In this document: piece after piece, positions 47,722-56,682 of the stretch
Layout: the number at the start of each line of letters is the position of its first letter
Position numbering within the stretch: position 1 is the stretch's first letter
Origin: Collinsella aerofaciens
GTDB lineage: Bacteria > Actinomycetota > Coriobacteriia > Coriobacteriales > Coriobacteriaceae
Length of the DNA stretch: 56,682 bases
Direction of reading: 5' to 3'
Assembly (NCBI GenBank): GCA_048227095.1
Contig: DBFAHJ010000085.1
Span: forward strand, 1-56,682
Program-made: the position numbers and the translations under genes
Notes under the pieces: model-generated
Told to the model about the DNA's origin: nothing
The model's database searches: none
The model's input: the letters and a program-made list of their open reading frames with translations, nothing else

Positions 47722-49029
47722 CTACTGCGACTTAGGGTGCTTCTTCTTATTGAGTGCCGACGGAGATACGCGAATACCGTCTCCTGTCTGACGCACATAG
47801 GCCTTATGAGCCGGCTTTGCGGTCCCAGAAGCCTTCTGAGCGTGCTTCTTGGGATCAACGGTAACAGCATTCGTGGGGTGCGGCTTAGTGGGCGCAGAGG
47901 GCGTCTGAGGCGTGCCGCCGAGCTTGCGCATCACGCGATCCCAGCGCGCATGGATGCTCTCGTTGTGGGCGCTCTTAAGTCCCAGCAGGGGCGCAGCCAA
48001 AATGGTAGGCGCAATAAACGTAATGAGACGCCACAGCAGATAGCCGGCGGTCGAAGCCGAACCGAAGAAATGACCCAAGAACAATGCAAAGCCGCCCTCA
48101 GCGCCACCAGTTCCACCGGGCAAGGGAACCGCAGAGCTTAACAGCTGGACAAAGGCGCTCGCGGCCATGACCGAGAAAAAGTCGACCTCGTGGTGGCCAA
48201 AGGCAAGCATCAGGAAATACGGAACCAGATAGAAAAACGCGAGCTGCAGCATGGTGATAAACACGGTGAGCAGCATGGAAGAAAAATGTCCGGCCGAAAG
48301 CTTGAACTTCTCGGAGAAGGAGTAGATCTCGCCATCGACAAACGTGCGCCAACCCTCGATCTTAGTGGCCGAGACACCAATGCGCTCGAGCCAATTGATG
48401 ATGCAATGGGCGACGCGCGTGACGGTCTTAGGCATGAGCGCGACGGCGAAGATGCCAAGCAAGATGCAGCAGTGTCCACCAAAGCTAAAGACGCACAGCA
48501 GCGTCATGTCGCCGTAGCGTTCGGCAAAAAACGGCATACGGGCGAGCAGCAGGATAGCGCCCCAGGCGACCAGGCCAAACTGGTACACGATAAAACGCGT
48601 GAATTGCGTGGCGCCGGCCTCGCCCACGTTTTGGCCCGCCTTGGTCAGGCGGTAGATCTGGGCGGGAGTCGAGCCCATCATCATGGGCGTCAGGTTGCCA
48701 AAGAAGATGCCACTCGCCTCGACCGAGATCAGGTCGCGGATGCCGACGGGCGAATTGGGATCGAGCCAGACGGCGATCGCATAGGCCACAATGCCAAAGA
48801 ACAGGTACATGAACATGCAAAGACACGCGACAACGAGCCATGACGCCTGGACGCTCGACATAGCGGCCCAGAACTGCCCCATCTGCCCGGTTACCACCAG
48901 ATAGACGATATAACCTACCAGCACGACGCCGATAAAGATGGCGCCGCGGCGTGCGCTCTTATTGTCATCTCCGCCCGAGGCCTCAACCTCGACCTGGGGC
49001 TTAGACGTATGCTGAGAGGACTCCGTCAT
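47722..49029 (-). CDS. UPF0104 / lysylphosphatidylglycerol synthase TM-domain (flippase-like) membrane protein
   Basis: Multiple TM helices, FFGNLTP..GSTPAQ, VPLPGGTGGAEGGF, LLWRLITF; aaggag RBS. Confidence 0.82.
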   Translation of the reverse strand: MTESSQHTSKPQVEVEASGGDDNKSARRGAIFIGVVLVGYIVYLVVTGQMGQFWAAMSSVQASWLVVACLCMFMYLFFGIVAYAIAVWLDPNSPVGIRDLISVEASGIFFGNLTPMMMGSTPAQIYRLTKAGQNVGEAGATQFTRFIVYQFGLVAWGAILLLARMPFFAERYGDMTLLCVFSFGGHCCILLGIFAVALMPKTVTRVAHCIINWLERIGVSATKIEGWRTFVDGEIYSFSEKFKLSAGHFSSMLLTVFITMLQLAFFYLVPYFLMLAFGHHEVDFFSVMAASAFVQLLSSAVPLPGGTGGAEGGFALFLGHFFGSASTAGYLLWRLITFIAPTILAAPLLGLKSAHNESIHARWDRVMRKLGGTPQTPSAPTKPHPTNAVTVDPKKHAQKASGTAKPAHKAYVRQTGDGIRVSPSALNKKKHPKSQ

Positions 49030-49132
49030 GAGACTCCTTCTAACAGTCAAAATATCTTGGTTATTGTACCCGTAAGGGCCATAGGCAGAACGCAAAGCTC
49101 TGGTTCAAACGGGAATTGCAGACGGTTGTTTG

Positions 49133-49169
49133 AAAATAAAAAACCCGGCCTTCCATGGGAAGCCCGGGT
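49133..49169 (-). terminator. Terminator after tRNA-Glu
   Basis: acccgg.cttcc / ggaag.ccgggt stem with an A-tract on the + strand (U-tract on minus). Confidence 0.75.
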
Positions 49170-49179
49170 ATCAAATGCG

Positions 49180-49256
49180 TGGTAGCCCGTACCAGATTCG
49201 AACTGGTGATCTCCGCCTTGAGAGGGCGGCGTCCTAAACCGCTAGACGAACGGGCC
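49180..49256 (-). tRNA. tRNA-Glu(CTC)
   Basis: GGCCCGT..ACGGGCT-A-CCA acceptor; anticodon arm ccgcc-ctCTCaa-ggcgg; GTTCGAAT T-loop. Confidence 0.97.
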
Positions 49257-49383
49257 ACATGACATCTGCACTGCCGTGCTGCGAAGAAATATATTACGGG
49301 ACAAAAAACGTCAGCGCAAGAAGAAATTCCAAATTGCCAAAAAATTGTCGGCAGGTTATGGAACACGCAGGTAAACTGGGTAG

Positions 49384-50778
49384 CTAATTCAAGTTGAGAT
49401 GGACCAAAAGAGCTTCGCGATCGTTGGGAATGTTGTCTTCGATCACGGCGTCGAGGGCGGAGTTGAGAAGCTGACCCAGTTCCGGCCCGGGCTTGACTCC
49501 GGCACGGATCAGGTCGCCGCCGTTGATGGAGAGCATCTTGAGCGTATAGGGCTCCCCTGCCTTCAGCAGCTCGTGCGCCATCGCGCGCATCTCCTCAATC
49601 GTCTCAACGTAATAGAAGCACGACGGGGCCTTGCCAAGTGTGTCGGCACGCTTAAGGTCCATGAGCTCGTCAATCAGGCGGGCCGTGTCGACGCCCTCAC
49701 CCGAAAGCGCGCGCATCATATTGAGCAGACAGGAGCGCTCGGGGCGCAGCGGCTTGTCATGGTATTTGATGAGCAGGCACACGTCGCGCACCAAGTCGTG
49801 CGAGAGCGCCAGGCGATCCATAATGACGCGCGCCTTCTTGGCGCCGAGCTCGGGGTGACCGTAGAAGTGTCCGCTACCGGCATGGTCGACCGTGAAGCAC
49901 TCGGGCTTGGACACATCGTGCAAAAACGCCGCCCACATAAGGCTCGACGAGGGCGCGACGCCGTCACACAGCGCGAGCTCCCCCGCCACCGTCAGCACAC
50001 GGGCAATATGCACGTAGACGTTAAACGCATGATAGACACTGCGCTGATCAAACCCGCGACCCGCTGCCAACTCGGGCACGGCGGCGCAGATGAGCTCGGG
50101 ATAGCGGAGCATCGCGTCTCCCCCATGACCGGTCGAAAGAATGCCCTCGAGCTCAATACCCACACGCTCACGCGCCACGGCATCGAGCAGCGGCGCGCAC
50201 TCGGCAAGCGCACGCTTGGTCTCGGGCTCAATCATAAAGTCCAGACGGCAGGCAAAGCGCACCGCACGCAGCATGCGCAGGGCGTCCTCGTTAAAGCGAC
50301 GCTTGGGATCGCCGACAGCGCGAATCAGCTTGCGCTCCAAGTCACCCTGGCCGTCGTAGCGGTCGACAAGCCCGCGCTCGGGATGCCAGGCCATGGCATT
50401 GACGGTAAAGTCGCGGCGCACCAGATCGTCCTCGAGCGAGGCGGCACGCTCCACACTCTGGGGATGACGACCATCGGTGTAAAAGCCATCCAGACGGTAC
50501 GTGGTGACCTCGATACGCTCGCCATCGGAAATAGCCGTGATTCCGCCAAATTTAATGCCCGACTCCACAACCGCGATGCCGGCGGCCTCGAGCGCCGCTT
50601 TGGACTCCTGCCACAGGCCGCTACAGCACATATCAACATCGTGGCTGGGGTACCCCATCAGGGCGTCGCGCACCCAACCGCCCACGTACCAAGCCTCAAG
50701 ACCAGCCGCCTCAAGCGCGCGCAGGACGCGCAGGGACGCATCGGACGGTTGAGTACCGTTGAGCGAAATATTGCACAT
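49384..50778 (-). CDS. cca: CCA tRNA nucleotidyltransferase with HD domain
   Basis: VGGWVRD, HDVD, EVTTYR, RRDFTVNAMA, EDALRMLRAVRF, FLHDVSKP. Confidence 0.9.
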   Translation of the reverse strand: MCNISLNGTQPSDASLRVLRALEAAGLEAWYVGGWVRDALMGYPSHDVDMCCSGLWQESKAALEAAGIAVVESGIKFGGITAISDGERIEVTTYRLDGFYTDGRHPQSVERAASLEDDLVRRDFTVNAMAWHPERGLVDRYDGQGDLERKLIRAVGDPKRRFNEDALRMLRAVRFACRLDFMIEPETKRALAECAPLLDAVARERVGIELEGILSTGHGGDAMLRYPELICAAVPELAAGRGFDQRSVYHAFNVYVHIARVLTVAGELALCDGVAPSSSLMWAAFLHDVSKPECFTVDHAGSGHFYGHPELGAKKARVIMDRLALSHDLVRDVCLLIKYHDKPLRPERSCLLNMMRALSGEGVDTARLIDELMDLKRADTLGKAPSCFYYVETIEEMRAMAHELLKAGEPYTLKMLSINGGDLIRAGVKPGPELGQLLNSALDAVIEDNIPNDREALLVHLNLN

Positions 50779-50875
50779 GCCTATGGCCTCCTGCGACTAT
50801 CAAATTGGCTATCGATTGCGTCTGCAAAAAGTCTAGCAAGAAACAGCCTCCACTGCACACGCAAGTCCGATAAAC

Positions 50876-50909
50876 AAAAACGCATCCGTCCTAGTCTAAG
50901 ACGGATGCG
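50876..50909 (-). terminator. Terminator after 1-phosphofructokinase 1
   Basis: cgcatccgtc / gacggatgcg stem, A-tract on the + side. Confidence 0.75.
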
Positions 50910-50942
50910 AAATAATCAAACTATTCAGACAAGGTGCCGGAA

Positions 50943-51875
50943 CTAGCAGACCTGGCGAACCTCGATGTGCTTCTTATATTCGTCCACCTTGGCAAAATCA
51001 CCCAGACCGGGGCACTCGACCACGTTGGCGCCAGTGGCCATCGAAAGGCGCAGGGCGTCCTCGACGCGCTCGGGGGCGTCGTGCCACACGGACAGGAAGG
51101 CAGCGAGCGAGGAATCGCCGGCGCACACAGTCGACAGCAGCTTGACGTCGAAGGTGCGGTTGGCAAACCAGATATGCTCGCCGTTGGAGAAGTACGCACC
51201 GGCGCCACCAAGGGTCAGCAGCACGTTCTTGGCGCCCTTGGCGTGCAGCTCGGCCATAGCGCCCTTGACGGACTCGTCGCCACCACCGCTCACCTTGATG
51301 CCAAAGATGTCAAGCAGCTCGTCGTCATTGGGCTTGATCAGCAGTGGCTCCAGAGCAATGAGGTCTGCCAGCTGATGGCTCGAGATATCGAGCACGAACT
51401 CGGCGCCCTTTGCCTTCACGCGACGCAGGACCTCGGCCAAGAAGCCCTCGGAAGTGTTGGGAGGCAGCGAGCCGCTGATGACCAGGCAGGTCATGTCATC
51501 GAGCGAATCGATAAGTTCAAACATCTCCTGCTCGTTGGCCTCATTGATGGCGGCACCGGCATTGACCATGTTGTACTCGGTGTCGGGACCGGCGTTGAGG
51601 AACACATTGACGCGCGTAATACCGTCGGTCCACACGGGCTTGACGGGCACGCCCAGGGCCTCGGCGCCCTTAACGATAAACTCACCCGAGAAGCCGGCGA
51701 AGAAACCCAGGATCGTGGTGTCGACACCATAGTGGTCAAGCGTAAACGAGACGTTGAGGCCCTTGCCGTTGGGCGTGTAGACGGCATTGCGGGTACGCGT
51801 GACGGTGTTGGCAGCAAGACCGTCGCAGGCGATGTTGTAGTCAATGGCGGGATTTGCAGTGAGCGTGTATATCAT
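50943..51875 (-). CDS. 1-phosphofructokinase-family (PfkB) sugar kinase, copy 1
   Basis: IYTLTANPAIDY, GKGLNVS, SGSLPP, LIKPN, STVCAGDS. Confidence 0.92.
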   Translation of the reverse strand: MIYTLTANPAIDYNIACDGLAANTVTRTRNAVYTPNGKGLNVSFTLDHYGVDTTILGFFAGFSGEFIVKGAEALGVPVKPVWTDGITRVNVFLNAGPDTEYNMVNAGAAINEANEQEMFELIDSLDDMTCLVISGSLPPNTSEGFLAEVLRRVKAKGAEFVLDISSHQLADLIALEPLLIKPNDDELLDIFGIKVSGGGDESVKGAMAELHAKGAKNVLLTLGGAGAYFSNGEHIWFANRTFDVKLLSTVCAGDSSLAAFLSVWHDAPERVEDALRLSMATGANVVECPGLGDFAKVDEYKKHIEVRQVC

Positions 51876-52004
51876 GAATGTTCCTTTCACGAAGCAACGT
51901 GTTAATGAAAGTATATTCCACGCATCGGTAAAAGGCTAGGACAACTCGGTGAACGGTGTGGAAGCGATGAAGTACGGCAGGACATCTCTCCCCTATGACG
52001 GAAC

Positions 52005-52035
52005 AAAAAGGCGCCCTGGCCGAAACCGGGGCGCC
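52005..52035 (-). terminator. Terminator between the two PfkB genes
   Basis: ggcgccctgg / ccggggcgcc stem, A-tract on the + side. Confidence 0.7.
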
Positions 52036-52063
52036 GCATGCGCACGAATATGTCGCGTTTCGA

Positions 52064-52996
52064 TTACTGACGATCGAGCTTGCGGACAGCAACGCGCTTG
52101 CTGTACTCGTCAACGTGACCAAAGTCGCCAATGCCGACGGACTCGGCAACGTTGGCGCCGGTGGCCATAGCGAGCTTCATGGCCTCCTCGACGTTGTCGC
52201 GATCCCTGTACCACTTGTGCAGGAACGCAGCGAGGGTGCAGTCGCCGGCGCAGACGGAAGAGACCAGCTTGATGTTGAACTCACGCTTGGCGTACCAGAT
52301 GTCCTCGCCGTTGGAGAAGTAAGCGTCGCCGCGGCTACCACGGGTGAGCAGCACGTTCTGAACGCCAGCGTCGTGAGCCATCTTCATGGCGACACGAACC
52401 TCGTCGTCGGTGTCGACCGGCACGCCGAAGATGGCCTTCATCTCGTGATGGTTCGGCTTGATGAGCAGCGGCTTCTTGTGAGCGAGCTCCTTGAGCTTGT
52501 CGGAGGACAGGTCCAGGACGACGTCAGCGCCACGAGCCTGAGCGTGCTCCATGACCTGAGCCAGGAAGTCGGGCGTAGCTTTGGGAGGCACGGAGCCGGA
52601 GACGATCAGGCACTCGAGATCGCCCGCGGTGTCCAGGATGTTGTAGAGCTCCTCCTGGTGCTGCGGCGTGATCGGGGCGCCGGGGTTCAGGATGCCGTAC
52701 TCGTGCTGGCCATCGTTGACGTAGGTGTTAATGCGCGTGATACCGTCGGTCCAGACCGGGCGGCAGAGGCAACCCAGGTTCATGACCTCCTCGACGATGA
52801 ACTTGCCCGTGAAGCCAGCGAAGAAGCCGAGCGCGACGGTGTCGACGCCCATCTTCTTAAAGGCGAAGGACACGTCGAGGCCCTTGCCGTTAGCCGTGTA
52901 GCTGGCCGAACCGGTGCGGACGTTCTCGTCGGGCTCGAGCGGAGAGCTCGAAACCGTCATGTCGACAGCCGGGTTAGCGGTTAGCGTGTAGAACAT
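52064..52996 (-). CDS. 1-phosphofructokinase-family (PfkB) sugar kinase, copy 2
   Basis: FYTLTANPAVD, GKGLDVS, LIKPN, SSVCAGDC. Confidence 0.92.
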   Translation of the reverse strand: MFYTLTANPAVDMTVSSSPLEPDENVRTGSASYTANGKGLDVSFAFKKMGVDTVALGFFAGFTGKFIVEEVMNLGCLCRPVWTDGITRINTYVNDGQHEYGILNPGAPITPQHQEELYNILDTAGDLECLIVSGSVPPKATPDFLAQVMEHAQARGADVVLDLSSDKLKELAHKKPLLIKPNHHEMKAIFGVPVDTDDEVRVAMKMAHDAGVQNVLLTRGSRGDAYFSNGEDIWYAKREFNIKLVSSVCAGDCTLAAFLHKWYRDRDNVEEAMKLAMATGANVAESVGIGDFGHVDEYSKRVAVRKLDRQ

Positions 52997-53070
52997 TTAC
53001 AGTACCCCCTGTATATGTGAGGGCCGCGTGGCCGGCCCATTCCAACCACGCGGTTACCTCTGATACCAAA

Positions 53071-54774
53071 TTAGCGAGCTGCGGACTCGAGCAGTGCCTT
53101 GACCTCGGCGGCGGTGTTGCAGGCGAGCGCCTTCTCGGCGAGCTCGTCGCACTCGGCCTTGGTCCACTGACTGATGGTCTTACGGGCGCGCAGGATCGAC
53201 GGAGCACTCATCGAGAACTCCTCCAGGCCCCAGCTGATCAGCAGCGGCTCGAGCAGCGGATCGGCAGCGGCCTCGCCGCACATACCGACCATGATGCCGG
53301 CCTTCACGCCGCTCTCGATGATGTTCTTGAGCGAGCGGAGCACGGCGGGATAGTAAACCTGGTACAGGTTGGAGATGGTGTCGTTGCCACGGTCGGCGCA
53401 CATGGTGTAGCCGATCAGGTCGTTGGTGCCGATGGAGAAGAAGTCGGCGACCTCGGCAAGACGGTCTGCGAGCAGCGAAGCGGCGGGCGTCTCGACCATG
53501 ATGCCGACCTCGATGTTCTCGTTGAACTTGCGCCCCTCTTCGGTCAGCTCGGCCTTGCACTGCTCGACGAGCTCCTTGACAGCCAAGACCTCCTCGACGC
53601 AGGTGACGAGCGGGATCATGATCTTGACGTCACCGAAGGCGCTAGCGCGCAGCAGAGCGCGGAGCTGGACCTTGTACTGGTCGGGATTGGCCAAGCAGTA
53701 ACGCACGGCGCGGAAGCCCATGAAGGGGTTGTCTTCCTTGACCATATGCAGATACGGAATCTCCTTGTCGCCACCCACATCGAGCGTGCGGATGATGACC
53801 GGAGCACCCTTGAGCGCGCTGGCGACCTTACGGTAGGCGTTGAACTGCTCCTCCTCGGAAGGAAGCTCAGCAGAGTCCATGAACAGGAACTCGGAGCGGA
53901 ACAGACCGATAGCCTCGGCGTCGTGATCGAGCGCGTTGGGCACGTCATCGGGGTTACCGATGTTGCAGGCGATGATCTTCTTGATGCCATCAGCAGTCAC
54001 GGACGGCTTGCCACGGAAGGCCTCGAGGGCTGCCTTCTCGGCAGCGAAGGCCTCGGCCTTGGCGGTGTAGGCAGCGAGCGTCTCCTCGTCGGGATCGGCC
54101 TCGACGATACCCTTGCCGCCGTCGACGACAACGGTCATGCCGTTGCGCAGTGCGGTGCAGCTGTTGGAGACCGAAAGGACAGCCGGGATCTCGAGGGCTC
54201 GCGCAATGATCGCGGAGTGCGACGTGCGGCCACCGGTCTCGGTGACGATACCGGCAACGTGGGCCTTATCGATCGTGGCGGTCATGGACGGCGTGAGGTC
54301 GTGCACGACAACGACAGTGTTCTCGGGCAGGACGGAGAGGTCGACGACCTCCTTGCCCAGCAGCTCGGCCAGAATACCGGTGCGGATGTCGGCGATGTCA
54401 GCCGCGCGAAGACGGAACATCTCGTCGTCCATGGACAGGAACATGTTCTCGAACATGGTCGAGGTGTCCATGAGCGCCTGCTCGGCGCAGGTACCGCCGT
54501 CAATGGCGGCGTTGATGGCGTCGGTCATACCCGGGTCCTGAGCCAGGACAATGTGTCCGCTCATGATCTCGGCCTCGGCCTCGCCCACCGTCTCCTTCAT
54601 GTGGTCGGCCTGAGCCTGGGTCTTCTCGCAGAAGACCGAAAGAGCGGACTGATAGCGCTCCTTCTCTGCTGCCGAATCAGCAACCTCATGCGGCTCAAAC
54701 GTCAAGTCGGGATCGACGGCGACCATGACGGTGCCGATACCGATGCCCTCGGAAGCGTTGACTCCCTGATACAT
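53071..54774 (-). CDS. ptsI: PEP-protein phosphotransferase (PTS enzyme I)
   Basis: GGRTSHSAIIAR, GLFRSEFLF, RTLDVGGDK, FSIGTNDL, GMCGEAA; start 54774 or 54780. Confidence 0.97.
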   Translation of the reverse strand: MYQGVNASEGIGIGTVMVAVDPDLTFEPHEVADSAAEKERYQSALSVFCEKTQAQADHMKETVGEAEAEIMSGHIVLAQDPGMTDAINAAIDGGTCAEQALMDTSTMFENMFLSMDDEMFRLRAADIADIRTGILAELLGKEVVDLSVLPENTVVVVHDLTPSMTATIDKAHVAGIVTETGGRTSHSAIIARALEIPAVLSVSNSCTALRNGMTVVVDGGKGIVEADPDEETLAAYTAKAEAFAAEKAALEAFRGKPSVTADGIKKIIACNIGNPDDVPNALDHDAEAIGLFRSEFLFMDSAELPSEEEQFNAYRKVASALKGAPVIIRTLDVGGDKEIPYLHMVKEDNPFMGFRAVRYCLANPDQYKVQLRALLRASAFGDVKIMIPLVTCVEEVLAVKELVEQCKAELTEEGRKFNENIEVGIMVETPAASLLADRLAEVADFFSIGTNDLIGYTMCADRGNDTISNLYQVYYPAVLRSLKNIIESGVKAGIMVGMCGEAAADPLLEPLLISWGLEEFSMSAPSILRARKTISQWTKAECDELAEKALACNTAAEVKALLESAAR

Positions 54775-54907
54775 TCCCATTCCTCTCTCCGTGTCATGTG
54801 ATAAAGCGTTTTGCCATATCCATGACAAAAGAGCGCAGTTACCTTACAACAGGTCACTGCGCCCCCAAATATGAACTTAGTTGTTCAACATGCGACCCGT
54901 TTGAGTT

Positions 54908-55171
54908 CTACTCGCCAAGACCGCTCTTGATGAGTTCGATGGCAGCAGCCAGAGCCTCGGCCTCGTCGGCGCCGTCGCACTTGACCTCGACCTCGGTACC
55001 GCAGGGGATACCAGCAGCCATGAGGGCCATCGGGGACTTGCCGTTGACCTCCTTCTCGGGGGTGACGACCGTCACGTCACAGGCGTACTTGCCCATGGTG
55101 GAGGCGAACAGACCAGCCGGACGCATGTGCAGACCCTGAGGATTAACGAGGGTAGCCTTCTCAGAAACCAT
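54908..55171 (-). CDS. ptsH: Phosphocarrier protein HPr
   Basis: GLHMRPA and NGKSPM motifs. Confidence 0.95.
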   Translation of the reverse strand: MVSEKATLVNPQGLHMRPAGLFASTMGKYACDVTVVTPEKEVNGKSPMALMAAGIPCGTEVEVKCDGADEAEALAAAIELIKSGLGE

Positions 55172-55309
55172 AGTTGACTCCTTTTTTGTGTTTAACCCCT
55201 GTCATGTATGTGGCAGGAGTCAGATTCACGACGTTGTTTATATTAACTCACATCAAACGGTTTTTCATTATGTTTCGGACGAATTGTTGGACAGATGTGT
55301 TTGTCGTCC

Positions 55310-55461
55310 GCTTGCTCGCCCACAGGGGCCCGTGCGCGGCCTGTGAGATTTCCTGCTCTACAGTCCTGCTCGCACGAAGAGCACATTAAGTGCTCTTCGG
55401 CTCGTGCGGAACTCGCGATAAATCTCACAGGCCGCGCCCGGCCCCCTGTGGGCGAGCAAGC
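55310..55461. repeat. Structured palindromic element, family B copy 2 (42-bp arms, 2 mismatches, around a 68-nt core)
   Basis: gcttgctcgcccacaggggcccgtgcgcggcctgtgagattt / aaatctcacaggccgcgcccggccccctgtgggcgagcaagc; core shared with 17657-17725. Confidence 0.88.
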
Positions 55462-55565
55462 TGCAGAAACTCGGTCGGTCCAGAGCAATATCGTGCGAAC
55501 GGAATTCTGGCTAATGATCTGTTCGCGACAAAGACTCGATAGGTAGCCCCCTCTATGCCCTTTTG

Positions 55566-55636
55566 TAAGTTGCGGTGAAATAGGGACTGAATTTGGGGTT
55601 GAATCGTTTAAACAGTCCCTATTTCACCGCAACTTA
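55566..55636. repeat. REP-like palindromic repeat, family A copy 3 (perfect 24-bp arms)
   Basis: taagttgcggtgaaatagggactg-23 nt-cagtccctatttcaccgcaactta. Confidence 0.92.
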
Positions 55637-55648
55637 TGGGAGGGATAG

Positions 55649-55683
55649 AAAAAGGCGGAGGCCCTGGGGAGGGACTCCGCCTT
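55649..55683 (-). terminator. Terminator after the PTS permease gene
   Basis: aaggcggag.ccct / aggg.ctccgcctt stem, A-tract on the + side. Confidence 0.75.
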
Positions 55684-55719
55684 ATATACAGGGGGCGATG
55701 TTATTCGCGGGCTGGGGGA

Positions 55720-56682
55720 TTAGACCAGGCGGGCGTTGATCGTCTTGGCGATCTCGGCGGCGTCGGTGGAACCCTTGACGGTGGCACGGAAGTCCTCGTC
55801 CATGAGCGCCTCGGCGACCTTGGACAGGATCTTAAGGTGCGTGGTGCCGGCCTGGGCACCCGGGATGAGCAGCGCGATGGCCACGTTGACGGGAGCGCCG
55901 TCCATGGTGTCCCAACCGGTCACACCGGACTCGTCCTTGACGACGATGACGGCAGCCTCGGTAATGGCGTCGGACTTGGCATGCGGGATGGCGAAGCCCT
56001 CCATCATGCCCGTGGTGCCCTCGGCCTCGCGGGCCAGGAAGGCGTTCATCACGGCGTCGGCGTCGCTGGCGATACCGGCCTTGACAGCCTGGTTGGAAAC
56101 GAAGCTCAGAGCCTCGTCACGAGAAGCGAAGTCCTCGGCGACAAAGACATTCTCGACCTTCACGAAGTCGGCAGCCTCGGCCTTGGGGGCCTCGACGGCA
56201 GCGGCCTTGGGGGCCTCAACGGACCTGGCTACAGGAGCGGCCTTCTGATTCTTCTCGAAATCGTACTTCTTGAAGGCCACGAACAGGATGCCACCGACCA
56301 CAGCGCCGATGAGGATCGCGAGGACCCACAGCGGACCGTTCTCGACAACGGGCAGGACCAGGAAGCCGCCGTGAGGCGCCGGATCGTGAACGTTGAAGAA
56401 GATGGTCAAGATGGAAGCGATGGAAGAACCGAGCATCATGATGGGCATGACGGGCCAGATGTTCTTGGTCATGAACGGAATGGCGCCCTCGGTGATGTGG
56501 GTGCAACCAAGGATGAGGTTGACGATACCGGCGTCATGATCCTCCTGGCTGAAGTACTTCTTGCCGACAACGACGGCGAAGGTGGTGATCAGCGGCGGAA
56601 CGATGCAAGCGGCGGAGACGGCAGCCATGAAGTTGGTGCCGAAGTTGTAGGTCTCGGTGCCGACGCCAGCTTCGAGAGCGGT
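55720..56682 (-). CDS. Fructose-family PTS permease, IIC followed by C-terminal IIA (5'-truncated by the window edge)
   Basis: ITEGAIPF and PAPHGG (IIC); AREAEGTTG..FAIPHAKS and HLKILS (IIA); the frame stays open to the window end. Confidence 0.92.
   Translation of the reverse strand, partial: TALEAGVGTETYNFGTNFMAAVSAACIVPPLITTFAVVVGKKYFSQEDHDAGIVNLILGCTHITEGAIPFMTKNIWPVMPIMMLGSSIASILTIFFNVHDPAPHGGFLVLPVVENGPLWVLAILIGAVVGGILFVAFKKYDFEKNQKAAPVARSVEAPKAAAVEAPKAEAADFVKVENVFVAEDFASRDEALSFVSNQAVKAGIASDADAVMNAFLAREAEGTTGMMEGFAIPHAKSDAITEAAVIVVKDESGVTGWDTMDGAPVNVAIALLIPGAQAGTTHLKILSKVAEALMDEDFRATVKGSTDAAEIAKTINARLV

Noticed and set aside
49180..49256. tRNA-Glu as the island attachment site
   Set aside because: It lies 2.2 kb beyond the island edge behind two backbone-like genes. 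I saw no duplicated tRNA 3' end and no integrase.
55243..55546. Small ORFs with an internal repeat (TGRARP/AP.VGEQA)
   Set aside because: They are translations of the family B inverted-repeat arms, not credible proteins.

Overview
High-GC gut actinobacterial chromosome segment; gene content and style suggest Coriobacteriia, Collinsella-like (inference). The backbone carries a glycogen operon (glgC, glgD, glgA with a ~270-aa histone-H1-like tail, and a GH13-GH77 debranching/glucanotransferase fusion), an FmdB zinc ribbon, gltX-priA-def-fmt-rsmB, metK, a fused L-serine dehydratase, an L,D-transpeptidase, a MacAB/YknXYZ-like exporter, TetR, a UPF0104 membrane protein, tRNA-Glu(CTC), a CCA-adding enzyme, two 1-phosphofructokinases, ptsI, ptsH and a partial fructose-family PTS IIC-IIA. 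A ~22-kb cobamide island (about 24903-46993), visibly more GC/GCG-rich, lies between the exporter and TetR and is bounded by an IS21 transposase scrap and an IS3 transposase scrap. It holds a 17-gene anaerobic cbi/cob operon, in which cbiL carries a large in-frame deletion. Divergently, behind a cobalamin riboswitch, it holds a Tat-lipoprotein CbiK, two lipoproteins with NEAT-like domains and an ABC importer. Intergenic spacers contain several long palindromes. These include a 3-copy REP-like family and a 2-copy element whose ~69-nt core shows compensatory base-pair changes inside unrelated long inverted-repeat arms. Coding sequence next to some palindromes shows a polarised third-position skew. 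All calls come from motif reading and recall; no database searches were run.
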